Source: Amphiscolops sp. MND2022
Taxonomy: Eukaryota
Assembly (NCBI GenBank): GCA_964187785.1
Contig: OZ076409.1
Location: 75,580,001 to 75,644,000 of the forward strand
Reading direction: 5' to 3'
Length of the DNA stretch: 64,000 nt
A program made the translations under genes and the position numbers. Below, piece after piece: positions 51,501 to 63,300 of the stretch (the stretch's first letter is position 1; each line of letters opens with the position of its first letter). The notes beneath the pieces are model-generated. The model was not told the origin of the DNA and did no database searches. It saw only the letters and a program-made list of their open reading frames with translations.

Positions 51501-52585
51501 ACATTCGAGATACAGGAGCAGCATATTCAATTGCAACATCGACAGATGAGATGTGTGTCAGCAATTCAAACGTGTGGCGCCTTGCCGATAATAATTCTAC
51601 CATCAGTCTTTTAAATAAAAAATGCAGAGAGCCCAAAAATCTCATTCTCTATGATAGGGCAGTGCTAAGACTTACCCGAAACTGCGACCACTCTTCACAG
51701 GGTGACTTATTTGTACTGGACTATCATGGAACCACAGACTCGACATTGTCAGTGTACAAAGCGCCAAATCAGAATTTAATAACAAGAGACAACTTGACCA
51801 ATGGTTTGTACAAGCAATGGTCAAAATTCGTCATCACTCGGGGCATCGGTTTCAGTGTTGCCTGCCGAACTGGTTGTGTACGCAGAATTCAGTTTCCCTT
51901 TTGCAACTACGTCGCGCTTACTGTTCACAAACTGATGGGCGATACATTTCCGAACCTAGCGACGTCAATCTCAGCCTCAGAAAATAAGTACTCGCTGTGG
52001 CTCACTTCCCAAATATATGTTATTATCAGTAGGGTAAGACATTTGTCATCATTACATTTCGTTGGAGGAAAGACACAGATAAAAAGTGCTATTGTCAAAG
52101 TCCTGAGCACTAAACATCATCATGAAGAATCGATTTACAATTTTATGAAACAACTGAAGAACAATAAAAAACAGTCTGCAGCTACACATGTTCCCTGCAC
52201 TGCTTATTTACGCAATCATTTCGAAGTTCCCGCTACTGCTAACGGTTTCGTTTTTCTACTTGTTAGTATGATTGACAAAACGTTTACCACATTTATAATC
52301 GAAGAGACGAACAAGAGTTTATCAGACACGTTGCGCCTTTACAACTCGACTAAAGATGACTCACTACTAACTGGACAGCCTTGGGCTATGGGATATTTTA
52401 TCTGGCACTTTACCAATGACACCGAGAGACACCAATGCAGATATGATTTGCAAAGACTATCAAATTTGAGGACTAAGAACTTTACAACATTTGCTGAAGA
52501 AACTCAAAAACATGTTGACACCTTTTACCCCCATTTGTATGTTTGTATAACTGGTCAAGTTATAAATATTGATCGCATTGACTGA
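44513..52585 (+). CDS. RepHel transposase, predicted join(44513..45557,45757..50760,50835..52585), ~2599 aa: OTU cysteine protease, Cys-rich region, HUH Rep, SF1B Pif1-like helicase, GIY-YIG-like tail
   Basis: Three consecutive ORFs (356, 1692, 569 aa) join in frame through two phase-1 GT-AG introns; the spliced length is 7800 nt. The start could be a slightly later Met (44549/44552). Confidence 0.85.
45558..45756 (+). other. Spliceosomal intron 1 of RepHel (199 nt, phase 1)
   Basis: CAG|GTAATA donor and T-rich tract ...TTTAG|AT acceptor. Removal fuses the OTU and Rep ORFs in frame (G+AT = Asp). Confidence 0.75.
45757..50760 (+). CDS. RepHel exon 2: Cys-rich N-region and HUH (Y2) replication-initiator domain
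   Basis: ESLVFPSIF; motif 1 PVTLFLTLSCN (~48570-48603); motif 2 RAEFQSLAGNLQHYHFLIW (~48807-48863); QFHTHSC; motif 3 YLSSYTSK (~49362-49385). These match Helitron Rep motifs. Confidence 0.9.
50761..50834 (+). other. Spliceosomal intron 2 of RepHel (74 nt, phase 1)
   Basis: TAG|GTAAGG donor and TTCTTTTTTTCCTAG|GG acceptor. Removal creates VIIGPPGSGKS (Walker A). Confidence 0.92.
50835..52585 (+). CDS. RepHel exon 3: Pif1-like SF1 helicase plus C-terminal GIY-YIG-like segment
   Basis: Walker A GPPGSGKS is formed across the splice junction. Also LIVEEVSLI (Walker B), PFGGVLVIANGDCCQCPNV, RIQFPF...ALTVHKLMGDT and SQIYVIISRVR. Confidence 0.9.
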
Positions 52586-53106
52586 TGTTTATTACAAAAT
52601 ATTAAAAATTGTTGCTTTCATTACTATATGAAAAAAAAAACAACGTGCTTGAGCAAATCAGAGAAAATTAGAAAAAGACAATTAAAAAAAGAAAAAAGAC
52701 TCAACAAGCTCTTGCTACATGTAATTTAATCTTGTAGCCCTTGAATTGTTTTCTTTCTTTTTATCTTCAATACGTACAACAGGAAGCTATTTTCGAATAC
52801 TTTAACAGAATTTGCCTTTACTTACTTTTTTTATCCGCAAATCAAATTTAACTAAGATGGGTTGATTTGAAAATATAAATGTGTCGTTTTTGTCCGAAAT
52901 TTTCCTTGAAAATTGCAATTGAAATGAACATAAAGTTCGAGACTGCTTAAAGGAAAACAAAGCGAGATTTGCAGACTTCAACGCCAGAATAACTCCTTAC
53001 TTCTTCTTTACAGCTTTTTATCTCTGGAGCGTATTCTTTGGTTATCATTTATCAAACATTTTCAACATTCCTTATCTGGTAGAATTAAAGACTTACTCTT
53101 TTTCAG

Positions 53107-53567
53107 ATGAAACCCTCAGCAAGTAACCCCGTTGTGGGACAAAATCAAGCCTTTTTATCCATTAAACTGTTCAAGTTGGATGATTCAACAACTTCAAGCA
53201 AACAAGAAATAAAGCAAATGATACAGTCAACTCTTGTCTCCGAGGGGTATAAAAACTTCACGGTGAAAGTTGTTTCTCTCAAGCGGCTGGTGGTTTATAT
53301 CAACTTTGTTCGCGCTGAGGTTATTAGACACGATTGTCATTCAAATTACTGACATTTTGTTAATGTTTCACAAGTTTCTTTTTTTCACAGCCAGCATTGA
53401 AGTTATTCTCGCACATTCAATCAGGACTTCTAAATGAACTTGGTGTTCAAGCTGAGAAATCGAATGCACAAGTTAGAAATCCCGTCTTTCGTGACACAAT
53501 CAAGCGCAAGCATCAAAACCAATTCCGCAACAGAAGTTGCCCTATGCATCCGTGCAACAAAAATTAA
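53107..53567 (+). CDS. Small accessory gene, join(53107..53319,53391..53567), ~129 aa, possibly RRM-like fold
   Basis: A 71-nt phase-0 intron (GAG|GTTATT ... TTTTTTCACAG|) joins two open frames: ...VVYINFVRAE|PALKLFSHIQSG... The ATG directly follows an acceptor-like TTTTTCAG, so an upstream exon is possible. The fold call is pattern inference only. Confidence 0.55.
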
Positions 53568-55086
53568 TACTTTGCATCTATCTAAAGATCGTATGATGTG
53601 TTAATCTTTCCATTTCTTCATTCTAATTGAACTTCGCCCCGATAGTGTCTTATTTCACTGCACATTGAAGCCATCGAAAAATTTTCACAATACTAATAGA
53701 TGTTTTTTTATGTTCTGATGTTTACTTTGTATGAGGTATCCAATCGGATTAGTTTTTTGAAACTAACATAGTGCGTTTGATAAAATGCATGTGGAAATCT
53801 TTCGATGGCTTTGTGAAAAACTTTATGAGAAATTTCAAACGAAGAACTTTTGCTGAAAATTTCTATTTACTGCTGTGCATTTAATGAAATGTTTTTTGAA
53901 CTATTTTGCAACTGTTCTTGTTTGAAATTAGTAATGTTTTTCACTGCTTCTTTACATTATTTCCAACATTATTGCTGAACAGTTACTTTCACTGAATCAT
54001 TGAGCGCCAACAGTACCTCATCGTCCATCCGATTGTGGATTCCTGAAACTTCTTTTGTGCTCTAACAATGAGTGCCATAATTAGAAAAAATAGTACATTG
54101 ATTTATTTGTTCCGTTCTGGCATATTTTTGAAATTTCAGCACTGTTGTTAGAGCTTGAAAGAAGTTAGATGCCAATGGTAACACCCTGGTAAATCAAGCA
54201 GTCTCGAACTTCCAAAGAGTTTTTTAATTGTCTGAAAGCATGGGTTTGAAATGAAACGTTTCTTATTTTTTGGACTACATACAAAGAATAATTTTAGTTT
54301 GAACAACCAGCTAGACATCATAGCTTTACCAAACGTTTTCATGTAGAATAATTGTTTACTAAGACAGAGTGGAGCATTTTTTGAGAAAAAAATGCGACTT
54401 CATGAAACTTGGACTCAATTTTACTCCGTTCGTCTTGTTAACGATGATGCGCAATCTCAAACTGAAGTATAAAATGAAAGAAAAGAGTATTCACTACATT
54501 TTTCAATCAACATAACATCCTAAAATGTCAAATCAGAGGGCGGTTCCATTTTACGTTCACTTTCAAGCTATGATAAGAAACAATTGAAAAGGCAATTATT
54601 CATTTCTATCGAAGTTGATTCTAACTTCAATTGAAGTTACCAAATCAATTTACAATTGTGACTTTTTGGATTTGCGTTTCACTTTCGTACTTCTTCATAC
54701 CAGCTTGGAGCACACTTTTTGTGATGTGGCAATCTTTCTAAAGCTATGAGCTCAAAGAGACATACTGAAAATCATATGTCATGTTACTGGAATTGGACAA
54801 GAAAACTCATTCATTCTTGACTCGAAAAGTTTACTCATCTCGCATCTTCCTTTTACTCAATTCTAATCACGGCAGTTTTGTGTAACGGCTTTTAATTTAT
54901 TGTCAATTCCCTTTTGTTGCCATCATAACTGCCTGTAAATGTCATATATGATCTTGCGTCATGCATTCAGTGGTGTTTTTTTTCAGTGTTCTTTGTCAAC
55001 ATTTACAGAATCTTCAGTATCTTCCCACCGATATACAAAATCTTCAATATTCCTATCTATTCATCAACAAAACATCGCTTCCAAAA

Positions 55087-56145
55087 ATGAACTCCGGGTT
55101 TTTCAAAAGCTCCGAATCTCTGGAAAGATGCATGGAAAAATTGGGGCGATTCGAGGACATAACTTTCGGTCAATTTACAACTGACTCGCCCAAGCCGATG
55201 CGGTTCAAGATAAAAGCTACCTATCTGTACGCGAGTAAGTCGCAAAAAAAGTACAGAACTTTCCAACCCGCGCGAGGAAATTTAACCCAAGTAAATAAAG
55301 AGGTGACCACGTTTGATCGTTTCCTTCTATTGGGCATTCCAGGCACGCCTCATGTGATGATAAGTTTTCTGAAAACACCTGCTGCTACCAAACAAAATCT
55401 CCGATTCAATAATCACTTCGCTCCAGGCACAGATGTGTTCGTTATAATGCCTCGTCTTGCTTCATACCTGGCGCCTCAAAACCCAGAGTTTGTTACTAAC
55501 GACCCAATTATTCCTGTCCCTACTCCTTCAACAGCCACAATAATTGTTATGCCTCCTGCTGATGTAGATGCACCGAACTATACATGTTTTGATTTCGTCA
55601 CATCTACCTTAAATATATTCGCCGCAACACCGCAAGATAATGTTTGCACCGGGACATTCTGCGATGCCCAAACCAATAATGCTAGTTGTGCTTGCACAAT
55701 GTGTGACACTCATAAACACTGGGCGTTGGGAGTTACGTTCACTTGCGACGAATTCCAAGATATCGCGAGGGACCACGTGACATTGACATCTTCTAAAACT
55801 TCAGGAGTCTTCATCGCTAACGAGAAGCTGCAATGGCCCCTGACCAACGACACGATAGATCCCTTTGATTTGGACGACGCTGTTAGTATTTCTTCAGATA
55901 TCGGCAAAAATTGTGACTTGGAACTTAGTATGTGAAAAATTTGTTTTCAGGTGCGCAATTTAGCAGCACTTGTTAATGCCAAACAAGGATTTCGTATGAA
56001 AGGCTGGTTTAAGCCAGCAGTCACGGAAAACGGTATAACTCAGGAAACCTTCTCACTTCATGTCTGTTATCTGGCTCCCAATGGACCTCTCCTTCCGTCA
56101 CAAAGAGCAGCTTTATACAAAGATGGTAATATACTCACTTCTTGA
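55087..56145 (+). CDS. Accessory gene, join(55087..55881,55951..56145), ~329 aa, with Cys cluster; function unknown
   Basis: A 324-aa ORF and a 64-aa ORF join via a 69-nt phase-0 intron (GCT|GTTAGT ... TTGTTTTCAG|GTG). Contains CTGTFCD...CACTMC. Start Met uncertain (54961 vs 55087). Confidence 0.7.
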
Positions 56146-57252
56146 TTCATTTAGATCTACTCATAAACAGTAGAAATACTCTCGACATACCCTTTCATAT
56201 CCACAATAACTGTACACAAAATCAGAGTGCATTTTCTCATCGGCATTTTGTTATTGTTCAGGCACAGAATCAGAAGCTGAAGAAGCCAATCCATCGAAAA
56301 TACCACGGAAAGAGTCGTCTACTTGTCCAAAAGTGGATTGAAAATTAGCATCTGACACATTCTTGAATACTTCGTGGACAGTTGAAGTTACAATGACTTT
56401 AAAAACATTGATATTATTGTGCATTATTTGTTATTCAACAAATGCTGAACATGTGCATTATTTGATTTACAAAAAGTGCTGGATGTGTGCATTATCTGAA
56501 TATCAACAAGTGCTTGTTTTCCGCTTTATCTTCTACATGATTTAGTTATTTGTTATGAAACTTCTACAATAAGTTCTTTTCCAATTAGAATTCATGCTGT
56601 ACATGGTTTCTTATACTTTCTGTGATTAAAACCATTTGTTTAATTTAGTTATTTAACAACTAACAGTTTTGTTATTATTTCGTTTTCAACACAACACCCT
56701 TGCAGTAATCTTGAAATAAATAAGAAAGTTTACCAGGGGAACTTTTCCGTTGATTATACTACTGCCATTGACGCTAATTAAATTTAATCAAGGTTTTGTG
56801 TAGACCTACTAGCTGAATGCAACGAATTTCGCTTTTTAGATAAAGTTCCCGATTTAGTTACGTATGGTAAACGAACAAAATGTTGACATTTTTATATTCA
56901 GATTCAAATATCAAGTATTTCATGAGCTTTAAGACCGCCTCCTGGTCTCAATCTTTCCAAAAAACGTTAAAGTGTAAACTGTGAATCAATTCAGTTGAAC
57001 CAACAGCTATAAAGAATGTGTCTTTGATCTAGTAAAAACAGGTACCAACAAAAAACCCAAGTTTTGATGTAGCATCCATGGCAGTACTTTTTTTGCAAAA
57101 TCAACCTTGATAACACTTTTAAAAATTCCCTAAAATCAAATGCTCACATCAGCTCTGTAGCAAGTTTGCGAGTAATAACTTCCCAGTTTTCTCCAACGTT
57201 GCCTTTCTGAAAAGTACCGCAGCTGACGCTACGTACAACGCCCACCGTCCGT

Positions 57253-57322
57253 AGGCATGCCGAGGCATGCCTTTCGACGACGTATGCCAAATACCCAATG
57301 CCACGTCGTCTTTCCCCGCTAG
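57253..57322 (+). other. 3' terminal hairpin and CTAG of the autonomous element
   Basis: AGGCATGCC-GA-GGCATGCCT followed by TTCGACGACGTAT...CCCG-CTAG, immediately after non-repeat element sequence. Confidence 0.8.
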
Positions 57323-60300
57323 GTGGCCGTGTCTTTTCGACGTGCTTTTGCATCGAGGAGTGGGTAGGGCCCCGCGACGACCTAGAAGAATTGGATGCTC
57401 ACCGAAACGTGCAGAATTCTACGAGATCTCATAGTTTGAGCCATACGATTTTTCTGAAATTTGGCATGTGGCCTGGAATTGGTGAGTAGGTAAAACGTGT
57501 AGGAGGTAATTTTTCCCAAATTCCATTGTGAGAGGAGATATGGGCAAATAACGGACCCAAAAATGGGGAAAATGCACTTTTTTCAAGTTTGTCAGCCAAT
57601 ATCTCATTTCCAGGTGCCCGTAGCGTTCCGCACGTGGACGTCAATATTGCTCAGCACTGTTAGAAGAGTGCGTGGACAAATTTTGGTTCAAATCGGACTG
57701 AAACTTGGCGAGAAATTAACGGTTTTTTGGGCAATTCCGGGGTAAATTTTTTAACGGTCCAGCTTATCTTTGCCATTTTTTCGAAAATGTACTTGCCTAA
57801 AGGCCTCCCCTGGCCCAATTTCCTCCCAAAAAAACCATTTGGCCCTAAATACGAGGTTTCAGCGTTCCAGCATTTCCGGGCGAAAAGTTGTGGGACTTAG
57901 AATTTTTTCAAAAATTTTCAAATTTTTTTTTCGTTATTTGGGCCCCCAAAGTGGGGGAAAGGACCCCCCAACCATTAATTTGTGTGAATGCATGTGCAAA
58001 GCCCTTGTTTTGACGAGAAAAATACCGTTTCGAACATCTTTTTATTTTAACTTGGCGTTGACTTAGGACGTTTTGAATGTGATGTTAGGATGTGTGAGGC
58101 ATGTGAAAAGTTGATGTTTTGAGTCTTTATCTCATGTGAAAGCGATTGAGATACAAGCTGTTTCGCTCAAAACGGGTTTCATCGTAATTTCGCAGTGCAT
58201 CATTGACCTTTGTTGTCTTTTGAAGAATTTTTTCTTCATATAACAACAATTTTGGTGTGTTTCTTCCAATTTTTCTCATCTTCTAATTTGAAACAGTTGA
58301 GTACATTTCATCTCCCTTTCGGGGGAGATGAGAATGTACTCGCTAAAAACCTAGTGCTTTTGCGCCGCAATGTTTGCAAAAGTTGTTATTATTGCTGTTC
58401 CATCAGCATTTTCTAACTGACTTTTTTAAAACTATCAATTAACTTGAAGTACATTACTTGAACTTACTACTAATACCATACATCTCTAACGACAACGCCC
58501 CCCTGCTTGCATCAACGCCCACCGTCCGTGGGCATGCCGAGGCATGCCCTTCGACGACGTATGCCAAATGCCCAGTGCCACGCAGTCATTCTCGCTAGGT
58601 GCCGGGATTTCTATTCGATAAAGTATGTGGCGCGTTTGGGTAGGGTCCCTGGCGCGCTCTTGTGTTTGGGGGTTTCCTACTTCTAAATCACGTTCAGATT
58701 TCCGGGATCTCGTAAACTAGCCATACGATTTGGCTGAAATTTGGCACACGTACCCCCCTCGGCACGGTGAAGATGATTCCCTACTGACGTTTTGCCCGCT
58801 AAACATTTTTTGTTGACCAAAATAACGGTTTTTGGGGTAAAATTTTGAACTTTTTTTAAATTTCATCTTATTTCTGGACAGGGGTTTACGCTAGCGCTTC
58901 AAAACCTTGCTGATGAAACCTTGCAAACTGTCTCAGGAATGCTGTGTGAAATTTTCAGCTCAATCGGACTTAAACTCAGGGAGATATAGCGTTTTTCCGG
59001 AGCGGGGGGGTTTCATTTTTCTAACGGTCCAGCTTATCTTTGCCATTTTTTCGAAAATGTACTCGCCTAAAGGCCTCCCCTGGCCGGTTTTATTCCCAGC
59101 AAAACCATTTGGCCCTAAATACGGAGTTTCAGCGTTCCAGCATTCCCGGGCGAAAAGTTGTGGGACTTAGAATTTTTCAAAAATTTTCAAAAATTTTTTT
59201 TTCCGTTATTTGGGCCCCCAAAGTGGGGGAAAGCACCCCCTAACCAGTAAAGCAAGTGAATGCATGTGGAAAGCCCTTGTTTAGACAAGAAAAATGGCGT
59301 TTAGAATGTCTTTTTATCTTAACTTGACATTGACTTTTGTCGTTTTGAAGGTGACCGTTAGATACAGAAAATTGATATTTTGAGTATTTATCCCATCTGA
59401 AAGCCATTGAGATACAACATGTTTTGCTCAAAACGTGTTTCATTGCAGTTCCGCTGTCCATTGACACCCTTTGATGTCTTTTGACGTAATTTTTTTTTCT
59501 ATAATAACAATTTTTTTGTGTATTTATTCATTTTTTTCTCATCAAATAACTTGAAACAGTTGAGTACATTCCATCTCCCTTCACGGGGGAGATGAGAATG
59601 TACTCGCTAAAGGTCAGGAACTACGGTCTTTATCTTCCACAACACAAAAGAGATTGCAAATTTTTTTCAGTTTGTTGCAGAAAACTTCTTTTTGCACTCT
59701 GTGACTCGACAAAGTGAACGTTTCTTACTTACTTTGAATCTCACCATACCACAACTCATCTCTAACGTCAACGCCCCTCACACACATCAACGCCCCCCGT
59801 CCGTGGGCATGCCGAGGCATGCCCTTCGACGACGTATAGCAAAATATATTCGAACGCGGTAGCAGCTAGGTGGCCGGAAATTTTTTTTTTCAGCAAAATC
59901 TTTGCCATTGGGGGAGGGGCCCCGGATGGCCAGTAGTTCGGCTTGGCTACCTGCAAAATCAGGTACAAAAAAACACGATCTCAAAATTGGCCCGTCAGAA
60001 TTCGCTCATTTTTTGCATGCGGCCCTAGAATCAATACATAAAAACAAAGTCCTGCTGACGTTTTGCCCAAAAAACATTTTTTGTTGACCAAAAATAACAT
60101 TTTTCATTCCAAAATGACCGTTTTTTCACATTTTTCAAATTTGAGAGCTCATATCTCGTTCCCAAGTGCCCGGAGCGGTTCGCCCGTGAAATGCAATATT
60201 GCTCAGCGTTGTTAGCGGAGTGCGTGGACAAATTTTGGTCCAAATCGGACTTAAACTCGGGGAGATATAAACGGATTTTTGGGGGTTTCCGGGGTAAATT

Positions 60301-63300
60301 TTTTAACGGTCCAGCTTATCTTTGCCATTTTTTGGAAAATGTACTCGCCTAAAGGCCTCCCCCTGGCCGAATTTACTCCCAGCAAAACCATTTGGCCCTA
60401 AATACGGAGTTTCAGCGTTCTAGCATTTCCGGGCGAAAAGTTGTGGGACTTAGAAAAAATTCAAAATTTTTCAAAAAAAATTTTTTTTCGTTTTCCGGCC
60501 CCCCAATGAAGGGGAACGACCCCCCAACTAGGATTTTTGGTGAATCCATGTGAAAGGGTCTTGTTTAGTGGAGAAAAATGCCGTTTAGAGCGACTTTTTA
60601 TCTTAACTTGACGTTGACTTATGTCGTTTTGAATTTGATATTAGTATGTGTTGAGCATGTGAAAAGTTGAATATTTCAGTTGTTCTTTCGTGTTAGCCCT
60701 TGAGATACAAGCTGTAGTGATCAAAATGTGATTTTTCGCAGTTTCGTGGTGCTTTTGGTGTAATTTGATTCTTTTGGGTAAAAAGTTGTTCTTTATATAT
60801 TGACAATTTTGGTGTATTGATTCAAATGAACATGAAACAGTTGAGTACATTTCATCTCCCACTTGGGGGAGATGAGAATGTACTCGCTAAAGTCCTAGTA
60901 CTATGGCCCGTTTTTGTTTTTTTCAGACGTAGATACTGCCAACGGATACTTTTTGTTGGTGCAACTTTCCTGTGCACAATGTCTTTAGAAGCTAGAAAAC
61001 TCTATGCCTCTAGCTTACTTCTCCTACAAATTCGTCACCGACGTCAACGCCACGCACTCTCACTAACGCCCACCGTCTGTGGGCATGCCGAGGCATGCCC
61101 TTCGACGACGTATGCCAAATAGCGCCACAGGGCGCCCAATTTTGTCTAGGTGCGGGGGGGAAACCCCAACAAAAATTTTGGAGGATTCGGGTAGGGTCCT
61201 GAATCCGAGTTCAGTGCTGCCAGCTTTCGTTAAGAAAATTTGGATAGGATTCGGGATCTCGTGATCTAACCATAGGATTTTAAAGTTGGAGCGGCCCCCA
61301 CCAGATTTTCCGAAAATTAGCGCCCCCCACCGGGTTCCATACCCCGGAAAATTTTTTTCTGGCCACACGGGCGACCGTTAGGGGGTCATTTTAGGGGTAA
61401 AATTCATATTGGGCCACATAACTTTTTTTCTGTTGATTTAAAACTTTGGGACCCTGCTAAAAGTTTCTTGACCGTGTTGCAGGGGCCCCGGAGGTCCAAA
61501 CCAAATTTTTCTATCTTGAAGCTATCTCCAAGTACCCCCCCGCTCAAACCGTTATTTTTCCGGAAACGCCGGTTTTTGACCCGGAAGGAGTCGTCTGAGC
61601 GCGGGGTCGTTAGGTGATGTATTGGGGACGGCCTTGAGACGAAGTGGGGGACAAGTAGTTTGCCAACCTCAGTTTACCCCCCGGACGGGAAATGACCGTT
61701 ATATGAGCGGCAAAAATGTCCCCCTCCACGTTTTACCGCTATTTCCGGTGTGAAGGAGTGGGAGTAGCGCGTCGGGTGCCATATATCAAAAGTAGGTTTA
61801 AACAAGGACCTATCGGAAACATGTGGTTTGGGACCCCCTGGACCAACCCGTTAGCGGGAAATGGGGCTTCCGCCTCCTTTTTTTACGGTTAAAAACGTAA
61901 AATGGGCATTGAGGGGTAAATATCTCGTGAACGCGTGGAGCTACGGTGTCCATCACTACTACAAGGTTTCATGCCCATCATATGGTGCCTTCAGGGGGGC
62001 AAACAGATTTCCGCTATCTATCACCGTTACGGACTTGGCCCCCCAGCCTAAGCGCTAAGTGACCGGAAATGTCACTTTTTGAGCCCAAAGGGTCGGTCCC
62101 AGCCAGGGAACGTTAGGTAACTTATTGTAGTACTCATTGAGATGAGTTGGGGGACATAGTTTCAGTCACCCCCCGTTACCCCTTAAGACCGGAAATGACC
62201 GTTATGTGAGTAAATTTGCCGTTTTTGTCCTATTTGAAGGGCATTTAGATGCGGAAGGAGTGGTAATAGGTGCTTGGACACTATATGAGGTAAGGGAGGA
62301 TATGAGGCGAGCATTCGGAAATAACCGTTATGTTGACCCCAAAGTCCCCCTGGTACCGTAAACGACCGGAAATGGTCAAATTTTCTGTTTATAGGGTACA
62401 AATGTTTGGTATTTTGTAGATAAAAGTATCTATTAGGTGTTTCGACGGTCTGCAGTAGTGAACATAGTCATGAAACCTTGTGGGGGGTAACGGTATATAG
62501 CACCGGAAGTCCAAACCGTTGGAGACAGGATAGGTTTTTTGGTTTTAAAATGTCTTTCGGCGTACTTTTGTCGACTATTAAGGACTACTTTTAAAAATTA
62601 AAGTTTTTCCATATAGTTTTAGAGACTCCGAAACCTCAACCAACATAACCGTTACCTCATGATAGCCTTTCAAGTTGGCCTGGTGTCAACTTGGAAGGGC
62701 TATCCTTCAAAAATCGTCAATCAAGTGTGTTTTTGGGTATGTTTGTATCATTTTAGAATCAAATAGAAGCTTCAAGAAAAGTTTGCCAACGACAAAAACT
62801 ATGTCGTGATGATTCCGTTATTAGAATAATAGTTAGCAAATTGTTGAGAAAATTGATTTTTTCCATATAAAATGTGTCCTAATTGCCAGGAAACCTATTT
62901 AACTAACAAATGGTATTGATTGGAATGTATGTAACAGATTTATAAAAGTTCAAATTGATTATTACCTTTCAATATGGAAGCTGAAACGTAATATTTTAGT
63001 TTAATTAACGTCAACGCCACACACTTTACATCAACGCGCACCGTCTGTGGGCATGCCGAGGCATGCCCTTCGACGACGTATGGCAAATCCCTTCTAACGA
63101 CGCCCGTACATCCCGGGCTAGGTGCCGGGATTTCTATTCGATAAGGAATTCTGCGCGTGTGGGTAGGGCCCCTGGCGCGCTCCTGTGTTTTGGGTTTTCC
63201 TACTCTAAATTCACACATCGGTTATCTCGGATCTCGAAAACTAGCCACACGATTTGGCTGAAATTTGGCACACGTACCCCCCTCGGCACGGTGAAGATGA

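Larger units (their letters stand above)
41738..57322 (+). mobile_element. Autonomous Helitron-like rolling-circle transposon (~15.6 kb) occupying one monomer slot of the array
   Basis: Encodes an HUH Rep plus Pif1-type helicase on the + strand. The first ~800 bp (41738-~42540) are monomer-like. The 3' end is the monomer terminal hairpin (57253-57272) followed by CTAG (57319-57322). Exact ends are inferred from the array junction motif. Confidence 0.85.

Noticed and set aside
47048..52110. Minus-strand ORFs of 60-180 aa inside RepHel
   Set aside because: Antisense shadows of the long coding frame with no independent motifs.
56751..57111. Possible subterminal inverted repeat (TACTGCCAT/ATGGCAGTA and ATCAAGG/CCTTGAT)
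   Set aside because: The matches are short and in the wrong relative order for a single inverted repeat.
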